Source of the DNA: Octopus vulgaris
Lineage: Eukaryota
Reading direction: 5' to 3'
Length of the DNA stretch: 64,000 nucleotides
Assembly: GCA_951406725.2 (NCBI GenBank)
Contig: OX597822.1
Span: 36,394,001 to 36,458,000 of the forward strand
In this document: one piece after another, positions 34,001 through 44,800 of the stretch
Position numbering within the stretch: position 1 is the first letter of the stretch
Layout: every line of letters starts with the position of its first letter
Translations under genes and position numbers: made by a program
Notes under the pieces: model-generated
Database searches by the model: none
What the model was told of the DNA's origin: nothing
Seen by the model: only the letters and a program-made list of their open reading frames with translations

Positions 34001-36740
34001 TCAAATGGGTGCTTTTGGAAGTTTTTCTTTTCTAAACAATTTTTATTCCTTGGTACGATTAACTTCCCACTGGAAACAGCTTTATAATTGTTATCACTGA
34101 AGCTACTGTTATTGCTATCTCTGTTAACACCGATAGTCATTCTTCAAGACAACATATTCTTTTCTTTATTGTTTATCAAAACATTTGACTGACATGTCTT
34201 ATGTAGGAAAGTGAAGCATCAAGAATGAAGAAATGTAAATGAACAGAAGCAAACTCTTCTAGCTAACTGAAGGCATGAAATAAAGGACATTTTTAGACCC
34301 AAAATTAATTGATGTACAGGCTTAGGCAAAATTGGTCATATTGATATTGCAATTTATAGGCAAAGTCCTGATGATGTGGAAAGATAGAAATTCTTTTAAA
34401 TAAACAGAATTTATACAAACATTTAAGAACATCTTTCACAACATAATATCTTTAAAGATTGTATTTATGAACTCTCCATAAAATTCCTCAAAATATGGTT
34501 TTGGCCCATTACTGGTAACCCATAAGTACAAAAGCATCAAGCCATCACTGATTTGTATCTTGCAATATTATCAAATGCCATTTTTACATTTGCAGCTGCT
34601 TCAGATTCTACTAAAAATTCAATCATTACAACCATAATACACAATAAACTGACATTTCAATTGATTGAGAAAGCATTGAACATTTTAATTTGCACTTGTT
34701 TTGCCATTAATATGAAATTGCTTATTACATGCATTTCTTATAATTATAGTCATTATAATGCAAAATATGTTTCTTCAGAAGTGCAGACTATAAATACATT
34801 GGTCCATAATCTATACTCTCAATTTGTGATGGCTTGTTTGTAGGCCCCTTAGACTTTCAAACATTTTCATTAAAATTTTTTAAGCTATTACTGCTCCTAA
34901 TTGATTTTATTCTGAAAAAGAATTTTTTAAAAAAATCATTTATTGAAAGTGAGATAATTGAGGCTAGAGTTTGTCAAATATAGTATGTGAAAATATCCTA
35001 ATAAACTAAATCTTGATGTTGAAGCACAAGTGGCTGAGTTCCTACATTGACTGATAATGTTGTTTGTTGAAACTGTCGTATGTCCCCCTCCAACACTTAG
35101 ATCCTCTGCCTTTGTTTGGCTTAATGGTCAACTGAAAAAATGATGGCAGGAATAACAGCAAACTTGAAGAATAAGACTTTCAAAAGTATTTCTATAAAAC
35201 CGGTGCAATGACATTTTAATCTTGTGAATAGTTAAAAGAAACTTGGGTCATAATTGTAAAATACATAATGTTGATTGCAGATGTGAATGTCCATCTAAGA
35301 GTTATTTGTAATATTTTATTTATAGGCTGAAATTATTCATCAACTTGGTGAACAAATTGGTACTAAATTAGCAAAAGCGGAGACTGTTGGAGCTGAAGGA
35401 CATGTAAATGAATCTCTAAAATTGATGGAAGAAGTAGAAGAGTTAAAAAAACAAAAAGGACAAGCTGAGGTAATATTTCATAATTGGATTATTTTTTTTT
35501 AAATGTTTTATTTCTCTTAGTAAGATTTTTTCAAAGATTGAGATATTCTGTTTGTAAAGTTTTAATCAAATCAGTGGTAACATTTCATTGAATAATTTAA
35601 TAATAAATTTGCTGTAACATCCAAATTGAACACAGAATAATAAATTACCTTGGTAGACATTGAAACTGAATCCAAATATCTCAGGAAAATTCAGTTTGTA
35701 GTGATTGAAGAGTGCACTTCAACATTTAAGTTGCAACATTAGGACTTATAGTCATTACATAAACAAGCATACTTGCTTTTTATCGATTTGTTTGTTCATA
35801 AATTTATTTCACATTAAGAGCAAGTAATTTTTTCTGGTGAGCTGAAAAAGCTTTAATGTAATGCTTAAATGAGTTAAACGTAGCTAGTAGTAAAGGTATT
35901 CAGATTAGGACTTATTAGTTAATGTAAGTTTTTAGAACAGTATTTGTTTGTGATGTAAATATTATTTTCTTTACAGATTGAATATAGAAATTCAATGCCA
36001 GCTTCCAGCTATCAACAACAGAAACTCCGTGTTTGTGAAGTATGTTCAGCTTATTTGGGTATCCATGATAATGATAGGCGACTTGCAGATCATTTTGGAG
36101 GCAAATTACATCTTGGCTTCATCACAATTAGAGAAAAATTAGAAGATCTCAAGGTAATCAGTGATTTAATTACTCTGTCAATCTCTTGAATTTAATTTGT
36201 ATTCCTCTTTCTTTAATCATTTTGCAATTTCTTCAGAAAAGTGTTGCTGAAAGAAGAGCTCAGAGGGAGAAGGAACGAGAAGAACGTCGTAAAAGAGAAC
36301 AAGAAAAAATAGGTGACAGGGAAAAGGAAAAACGAAAGAGCCGCAGTCCTAGCCGAAATCACCGCAGTAGCAGAAGTCATAGCAGAGATAGAAGGAAACG
36401 ATCTCGGAGTCGTAGTCGAAGGTTAGTATTGGTTATTGCTTTTAGAAAAATATAAATCGCTTAAGTTACTTGGAGATGCCTTTCACATAGAAAATGAGTT
36501 TTGTGTTAACATTATCTAACAAAGAGCTTCAAAAATTAAATTTTACTTGGGCCAATGGCTAATATTTTCTTGCTGTTTTTATTTTTCGTTTCCTCCATTT
36601 TATATAATTAGTTATTGTTAAATTGTCATTCTTTATCTTCCAGATCTTGCAAACGTTCCCGATCTCGGTCTCATTCCCGACGTTCAGGATCTCGTTCAAA
36701 GCGCTCACGGTCTCGTTCTCGATCTAGATACTCGAGGTGA
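24956..36740 (+). CDS. LUC7L: LUC7-like U1 snRNP-associated splicing factor (LUC7L/LUC7L2 clade), 8 coding exons, 322 aa
   Basis: Exons 24956-25016, 30303-30397, 32119-32217, 33245-33355, 35326-35469, 35977-36153, 36237-36421, 36644-36740 join in frame (969 nt), all GT-AG. Protein: MSAHDQIRAMLDELMGTGRDG...VCKSFLLGCCPHD...DLGECPKIH (ZnF1), LRVCEVCSAYLGIHDNDRRLADHFGGKLHLG (ZnF2), RE/RS-rich tail. Confidence 0.96.
30303..30397 (+). CDS. LUC7L: LUC7L exon 2 (95 nt)
   Basis: ttttag|GG GAA AAC...KVKFDDPRVCKSFLLGCCPHDILSST|gtgagt. Confidence 0.95.
32119..32217 (+). CDS. LUC7L: LUC7L exon 3 (99 nt)
   Basis: tcttgcag|RMDLGECPKIHDLALRADYEQATKGKDYYYDID|gtgagt. Confidence 0.95.
32480..33030 (+). mobile_element. 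Highly decayed LINE RT remnant in LUC7L intron 3
   Basis: ITNIISPALLESL...IVAFDISKAF, an RT motif-like segment. Confidence 0.4.
33245..33355 (+). CDS. LUC7L: LUC7L exon 4 (111 nt)
   Basis: tttag|AMEHLQSFIAECDRKTELAKRRLKETQEELSEEANQK|gtaagg. Confidence 0.95.
35326..35469 (+). CDS. LUC7L: LUC7L exon 5 (144 nt)
   Basis: tatag|AEIIHQLGEQIGTKLAKAETVGAEGHVNESLKLMEEVEELKKQKGQAE|gtaata. Confidence 0.95.
35977..36153 (+). CDS. LUC7L: LUC7L exon 6 (177 nt, ZnF2)
   Basis: ttacag|IEYRNSMPASSYQQQKLRVCEVCSAYLG...IREKLEDLK|gtaatc. Confidence 0.96.
36237..36421 (+). CDS. LUC7L: LUC7L exon 7 (185 nt, RE/RS-rich)
   Basis: cttcag|KSVAERRAQREKER...RSRSRSR-AG|gttagt. Confidence 0.93.
36644..36740 (+). CDS. 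LUC7L: LUC7L exon 8 coding part (RS domain, stop TGA)
   Basis: ttccag|A TCT TGC AAA CGT TCC CGA...RSRYSR*; AATAAA signals follow near 36852, 36953, 37206 and 37246. Confidence 0.88.
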
Positions 36741-38861
36741 AATAGTGCTTTGATGTGGGAATTTGTACATACTGTCTTTAACTGAAAACTTAAGATCTCG
36801 GTAAGGGAGGCTGCATGGTTAAAAAAAAACAAAAGTGGAAGACAAGGAGATAATAAAAATACTAAGTTCAGAATGTCTGGTCACATTTTGCTATTATAGG
36901 CTTCCACTGGACTTTGCTAGTTAAGACTTTTTATTAAAGATTTATATATCTTAATAAACTTGGTTGATAAAAACTGATTTTATTTAATATATTTTTCCCC
37001 CTACAAAGTCAAATCTCTTTTACTGGAAAAGTCTCTTGCTTTCAGATTTGACATCATTCACATGAGGTTTGCTTCAAAATTTATAACAGTTAAAGTATTA
37101 GCTCATAAAGAATTGGCAGGTGAACAACTTGATGTCAAGTGACATTGTATTTAAGGATAGATTTAAGTGTAGCCCTTAAGTTGTATAGTTTTGTTTAAAT
37201 TTCTAAATAAAAATTGTTGACAATTGACTTGGTCTGGAATGGTTCAATAAATTTGCTCTTTGTATAAAAACATTAGTAAATCCACTTGTTTTCATTCAAA
37301 AATTGTTCATACCAGTTTTCTATGGTTGTCTTAGGTGACATTTTCAGATGAGTTTCATAGTGCTTTCAGATTAACTGGAGATTGAATCTAATATTATATT
37401 AGTTTCATTAGAAATAGAGCTTGTGCATTGTAAATCATAGATGTTTCTCTAAGGTCTGTCAATTCTGGCCCAAGTCTATAATAGGTATCCTTCTTTTTAC
37501 AATTTCAAACATAAAACATTCGTATAATTTTTTCTTAAGTCAACCTTCATGAAATTAGAAAGATATATTACATTGACTTGTTTATTTTGAGCCAAGGTTA
37601 GTTAAAAATGTAATGCCTTCCATAGATTAATGAATTTTTTGGTATTTTGATGTGATTCAGTATAAATTTCTTTTAGATGTCAGGTTATGCAATTGAAAAT
37701 TCGGCTTCTTTATCCATTTGTAGAACAAATCTGCCCCACTTGGTGAGGAGCAAAAAAGTAAAGGCTGACAAATTTGTATAAATAAAATGTAGCATTTTAT
37801 TGAATAACATCAAAACTCTATTCTTAAAACCTTCACAAGAATAGAATTTTGTAGGGGTTAAAAGAAATAAGTATAAAGCAAATACCTTCAACAGTGATAG
37901 GTATTTACATGAATTTAGTTTAACAGCAAAGTAAATAAGGGAAGGGGACAGAGGTGAAGGTGGTAAATTCTAGGCTACAATCATTATTTTCAATTGCAGC
38001 AAGTGGAATTTAGAATTAATTTCAATGTAAAATCTGAATAGGCAATATTGGCACAGTCCATTTTATTATGTCCATTAAGATTTAAACATTCATCTAAAAG
38101 ACATTTTTCAGACAAATCCTTTATCCAGTACTTAGAAAGTCCAATACTCTTTTTTTGTGTGTGTTTTTTGCTGTAAACTATGCAGAAAGTCCAATCAGTG
38201 TTAATGATGTTATGGATGGTTGTTTGAAAATAAATCTTATGATAGCAGCAAAAGAGAGGAGGGGGCTGCACTTAAAAGGTTGTAAATGTTGAAAAAAAAA
38301 TTTTTTTTTTCAAACATAATAGATTACTAATTTGTAATAAGCAATAAATCACTATCAAATTTTACATTACATTAAGGAATGATGTTATATAATTATATTT
38401 TCATGGGTTATTCAGATTCTTTTTAAAAATAGAATTAGGCATTCCATTTCCAGTTTCTGTGATTCACAGAATCTAGTCACCGAGAAAAATCTCATTAGAG
38501 GGAGTGACTGTATCTTGAAGTTCTCCTCCAAGTTACTTTTAAGAAGTATATTATGTACAGAGAAGAAAATAAGGCTATTAAAATAAATATGTTGGTCAGT
38601 GGGTAGCAAGAGAAGTTGGCACCAATGGAAGGTATTCAGTGGTTGAGGGTTTTGAATAATCATGAAATTCAGTCACATAACTTTGACCCTGATAAACCAA
38701 ATTTTTTACTTAGACCATTATCTTAAACTGATTTTTGATTCCAGTCTGAAGAAATCATGATGGTCAAACATTTTATCAACATAAAGAGTGGGGGGAGAAA
38801 ATCAGCTTCAAACTGCAAGTAGGCACCAGTAGAGAGTCGAAGTGACCGGTCAGTTGATTGA

Positions 38862-38885
38862 TCACTGGCTTTCATGTCTTTCCAT
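38862..38885 (-). CDS. GBF1: Probable GBF1 terminal exon coding part (MERHESQ*) followed by a repeat-free 3' UTR
   Basis: aattttcag|ATG GAA AGA CAT GAA AGC CAG TGA; phase 0 matches the upstream donor; minus-strand AATAAA at 37796-37801 and 37581-37586. Confidence 0.6.
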   Translation of the reverse strand: MERHESQ

Positions 38886-41800
38886 CTGAAAATTTAAATA
38901 TCAAGGTATTAACATAAAGCATATGAAATAACAAAGTACAGTGATGATAGCAGTGTGCACTGGTTAAGTTTCTACTACACTTGTATGATATACTGAGCAA
39001 ATGTTGATAAAATGATAGACAAGTTTACATCATTTGTTCCTATGTATGTTTCACCACTGGTTGTGTATTGGATGGTTTACCAAAACTGATCATCAGGGCA
39101 CATTTCATTGCATTATGTTTAGTGACCTTAGTTCCCTGTGACACTGCAATAAAATGTTACCCAATGATCAGTTGTGATTAAGTATCCGATTCCCCTAGAG
39201 TTCCAGGCCATCTCAATGATGCAATGTACACAGGAATATAAACTTGTAATTTCTCCGACATTTGCTTTGCATATCAAAACAATAAAACTAAGTACATAAT
39301 ATTTGCATAACCACCCCACTAAAACATGGTGTTTATTGGAACTTTTTATGTGTTTCTTCAAGCTACCATAGGTCAGATAGTCAGATATCCTTGCTAACCT
39401 TTACCTCTTTTCAAGTTTGGAATTATCTTTGAAGGCAATGCTACAGTGATTTAACAAGGAATGTCACAACATCATCAGTTTGCTCAAATGGTTTCATGTG
39501 TAGATAGTAGCACACAGGTACACATGTTTGCATATTATATACACACAACATAACAGGCTTCCATACAGTTTCCTGGTCAAGGAAAATTGGCTGACTTGAA
39601 GACTAAAGTAGACACTTACCCAAGATGCTGCACGGTGAGGTTAGAAATCAAAACCCCAAGCAAACTCCATATACACACAACCATGTCTGACCAGGCTATC
39701 AGATGTTGCTACACTTTGCTGGTCATAATGCGTTTCGCATTGTTTTAACCTTCAAATGACGCCACCCCGCTGGCTAAGCAAGCAGGCCAACGGAAGAAAG
39801 AGTACAGCAGGGATCACCACCACCACCTGCCGGAGCCTCTTAGGGCTTTTAGGTGTTTTCGCTCAATAAACACTCAACGCCCGAACTTGGAATCAAAACC
39901 GCGTGTCCACTGGGCAACTGCGCCTCCACATATGTATATATATAATATACGGATAAATCATTGTTTTAACAGCTGTCTTTTCACTCTTGCATGGGTCAGA
40001 AGAAATTTACTGTGGGCAGATTGTCTTTGACACTAACCCTCACTTGTTTCTGAGCAAGATAAACATTTCCCTTTGTCCTTTGAACTCAAGCAGCACAGTA
40101 ACTGCACATGTTTTCATGAAAGATGAGAAATGAACAACATTGCTTATATTATGGTGAGGCTTATTAATGCAGGACAAGTAGACGCATACACACTTTTTTT
40201 AGTTCCCACCAACCAAATCAACTCAGGGTTTTGGTTGGTCTAGAGCTACAATAGAAGACATTTGCTTAAGGTGCTTTGCAGTGGAATTGAACCGAAAACA
40301 TGTTAGGAAGTGAACTTCTTAACCACACAGCCATACATGGAGTTTTAATCATAGATAATGTTATCAAAGTTTATGAATACTAAATTTAATTAATATTAGC
40401 TGGTCATTGTAATTGAAGCTGTTTCATTTCAAAGTGATCACAAATGTCCCCCAATGTACATAGACTAACAAAATCAAGATTATGCTATGGAGTACATTAT
40501 GCAGTTATAAAATGTCTTGACTGCCATTAGACTTCAAGAACAAGAATTTCAATGGAGGACAACTTAGAAACATAAGATTACAAAAAGTTCACAGCCAACA
40601 AGGATATCAATCATATATATATATACCCATTATTTACATTTGACAGATATTTGTCATTATCTTGTTTGTTGTTAACACATTTCGGCTGATATACCCTCCA
40701 TCCTTCATCAAGTGTCTTGGGGAAATTTCGAACCTGGTATTTTTTGATGTACCTTAGGAATGAGAACTCAGGTTCGAAATTTGCCCAAGACACCTGATGA
40801 AGGCTGGAGGTTATATCTGTCGAAAACATGTTAACAACAAACAAGATGAGGACAAATATAGAACTGTGTATGTGTGTGTATATATATATATATCTCCATC
40901 ATCAGCTAACAGGCATCATTCTTGATATATATAATATTAAGTTAATGTCCACTTATTTTTTAAAGCCTGGTACTTATTCTATCAGTCTCTTTTGCTGAAC
41001 TGCTAGGCTAGTGATGCAAACATATATAACAAAGCAGCACTGGTTGGTATAAAGACACACACATATATATATACATACATACATGATGGGCTTCTTTCAG
41101 TTTCCGTCTCCCAAATCCACTCAAGGCTTTGGTTGCCCAAGATTATATAGTAGAAGACACTTGGCCAAAGTGCTGCACAGTGGGATTGAACTCAGAACCA
41201 TGTGATTGGGAAGCAAGCTTCTTAACACACAGCCTTGCCTGCACATCCTTAGCATAGCTAGGACCATATCCCAAAGACAGGCCTTTTGTTTCAGGGCCAG
41301 ACGATATTTCTCTCACCAACAGGCCAACATTCTACAAGGGCCAAGGGAAGCCATAGCAGAGTATCACTTCCACATCTGGAACAACAACAGCAGCTAACAG
41401 ACTGCATCCAGAGGAAATCCACTTGATAGATTGGTATTTAGTCATTAATGACTCCAGCTTCTCATCCGCAGGTGTGCTGTCTCTTCCCTGCATTTTGTAT
41501 TACTACAAGTCAGCAAATTGTGTGTATATATAATACAAAATGAGACAAGAACGCAAAACATCCAGACAGCTAGGTGATACAAGAAGGGACAACAAAACAT
41601 CCAGATAAACGATACAAAGAAAACAAGGATGGGTCATTCAAAGCCCTTTATCCTCAGTCAAGCACCAGATTATCCTCACAATTTCGACTGATTATTCTTG
41701 AGATTGCTCTAATCTGGCCAGCCCCAAGGAAAAACCAAGCTAAGAGCATTAGATTCCTTGGGAGAAAGTAACAAATGAATACAAAAACAAGGGCGGAAAA

Positions 41801-44800
41801 AACAAAGTTACATGAATATAAATACAATAGAAATAATAACAGGTGTCTAATAATTATTATTATTACTATTATCATTGTATATAGTTATTGCTTAAATGTT
41901 CACTTTTCCAAGCTTTATGGGCCTAACAAAATTCCCTCACAAAAGAAACTTTTGTTCCAAACACTGGTAAAATAACAACAAAGTTAATTGAATGCTTGAT
42001 TATTTTCAAACTTAAAGTATTTCATTAAAAAAAGTAATAGAAGTGTCTTAACTCTTTTGTAACCATATTTCTGTTGCAGTACACTGCCTTTGATTTGATT
42101 AATTTTTAAATATTGAAGAATTTAATTGCAATAACTTTGTCATTATTAAACTGGTGTTTGAAACATAAATTAACATGTTATTTTGCTGGAAGGTTTTAAT
42201 TTAAATCACTTTGAAATAAGGAATTTGTATCATAGTAAAAGTAAGTGCAAAGTGTTACTTACCTGAGGAGAAATAAAAGGAATAGTAGTCCCTTGCATGA
42301 TATCTGGGTTCAGAAGTAACGGAACGGTGCTTGCAGTAGAAGCTATGGAACCAGAAGTGGAAGAGGAGCTGTTTACAGTCGCTGAGTCTGTAATATTAGG
42401 GCGTGGTGCAACTGGTGAACTGTTTACTGACACGTTGTCTGCCATGCTACTGCGAGAGGCAACTTTAGGCAAGGGTGGCTGAAGAATGTAAGCGGATGTC
42501 ATGGTGGCACTGTTCCCTCCAACCAATGGACTTTCTGAACGAGGAGATTTGCCAATTCCTGAAAAAATAAAAGAAACAATAAACAGTGAAGATAAGGTGA
42601 TGATTGAACTGATTAATGATTAAAAACTGATCAATGTCTAGATTAATAATAAACAGGCGTAGGAGTGGCTGTGTGGTAAGTAGCTTGCTTAGTAACCACA
42701 TGGTTCCAGGTTCAGTCCCACTGCGTGGCACCTTTTACTATAGCCTCAGGCCAACCAAAGCCTTGTGAGTGGATTTGGTAGACGGAAACTGAAAGAAGCC
42801 CGTTGTATGTGTATATATATATATATGTGTGTCTGTGTTTGTCCCCGCAACATAGCTTGACAACCAATGCTGGTGTGTTTATGTCCTCGTAACTTAGCGG
42901 TTCGGCAAAAGCAACCGATAGATTAAGTACTAGGCTTACAAAGAATAAGTCCTTGGGTAGATGTGCTCGACTAAACGTGGTGCTCCAGCACGGCCACAGT
43001 CAAATGACTGAAACAAGAAATTGTGTCTGGGCTGGACACTTCATCAGTTATGAGGGTAAGTGTTCCAGTTGATTCAATCAAGGGAACAGCCTGCTTGTGA
43101 AATTAACAAGCATGTGGCTGAGTACTCCACAGAAACATGCATACTTAATGTAGTTTCTAGATTCAGCATGACACACCAAATGTAATAAGGTCAGCTCATT
43201 TGAATTACAGCTACAACTCATTTTTACCAGGTAAGTGGACTGGAGTGATGTGAAATAAAACTGTCTTGCTCAAGGACACCAGGAATTGAAATCACAACCT
43301 TATGGTCAGGAGTTGAATAGACAAATCACTAAGCCACTCACCTTCAAAGATACTATAACGCTAGCTAATTCATGAAGAATAAATACGTAGGTAAGGTCCC
43401 ATACCCATGTTTTTAATAAACTTATAATTGGTCTGTTTGATTAGGGCTGACCCCAGACTAAACATCTAGAAAGGAATCATCAATCCTTCAACCCACATTT
43501 CAACATTTCTAATGAAACTACTAATTAAAGTTCTAAATGTATACTAAATTACAATTAGCAAAATTGACTGAAGCTAACAATAACAATAATATAAAAAAAA
43601 AAGAAACTAAAAAAATTATTAAAAAAAATCCAAAGTCAATTTTACAGAACTTAACCCTTTTGTTACTGTATTTATTTTGAGATGCTGTGTTTCTTTCAAT
43701 TATTTTGAATATAACAAAGAATTTAGTAAAATAACTTAGTTATCATTAAGCTAGTGTTAGGAATGTAAATTGTGACTAAGGCTTGGTGGAATATTTTAAT
43801 TCAAAACTTATGAAAACAAGACATTTTACCACAGAGCCAGAGCCGGTTTTGGCCGGGTTAGTAACAAAAGGGTTAATGAAGAAGGTAGAAACATTTTCAA
43901 ATAAAATGATGTTAGATCTAACTTACCACTGTCTGGACTTGGCGTTTGAACATCTGAGTTTTGAGAACTTGGAGAATCAGGCACTTTTGCTGTACCATTG
44001 TTATTCGTGACTGGCAATGTTATTTGAGGTTCTGGTTGGATGTCTTCGTTAGCTACCATTACTACCACTTTTTCAAGGCTAGCATTATTACGATCAATGT
44101 TTCTTGGTTCTGGAACACACACTAAACAAGAAAATAAAAAAAAGAATATTATTTTGAGAATAAAACATAAATTATTTATATATCAGATACTGTAGATTGG
44201 TGCAGTCTTCTACCTGGCTGGCTCGTGTCAACCGTCCAACCCATGCCTGTCTAGAAAACAGACATTAAACGATGATGATGATACACATACAGACTTCTTC
44301 ATTAGCTTGAGAATTAAGAGATTGTTGGGGTGGGGGTCCCTACAGTTTAACAATTACAGCTAGAAATTAAATGTTCACTGTATAGAAATAACCCCCAGAA
44401 AAGAAAAAATGACATTTCAAGTATTGTTATCGTTTAGCTTCAGCTCAGTCATGACCTAGTAAGTCTATGATAAAGGGTATTCCAGCCGTGACCTCTCCAC
44501 CTTTTACTCAGATATTGTGTATCCAAGTTTGATACACTAAACCCAAATAAGTCCTTCTTATATAAGACAGTACAGTATGGTTTACTTGAACAAAATACCA
44601 GTGCAGAATACTGGAAATATATTATTTTTTACTAGTTTCGGGGGCATCATCTTGAAGAATTATAATCAGACGAATCGACCCCAGTACTTATTCGTTTTTA
44701 AGCCTAGTACTTATTCAAGTGGTGAGGGTGTGGGAAAATAGATACAAAGACACACATTCACACACAGACACGATGGGCTTCTTTCAGTTTCTGTCTCCCA

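Noticed and set aside
42230-42262. GBF1 ending by read-through ([10 protein letters not shown])
   Set aside because: A consensus CAG|GTAAGT donor at 42262 and a phase-compatible terminal exon at 38885 are more plausible, and the read-through runs into a decayed MITE. It is not excluded as a minor isoform.
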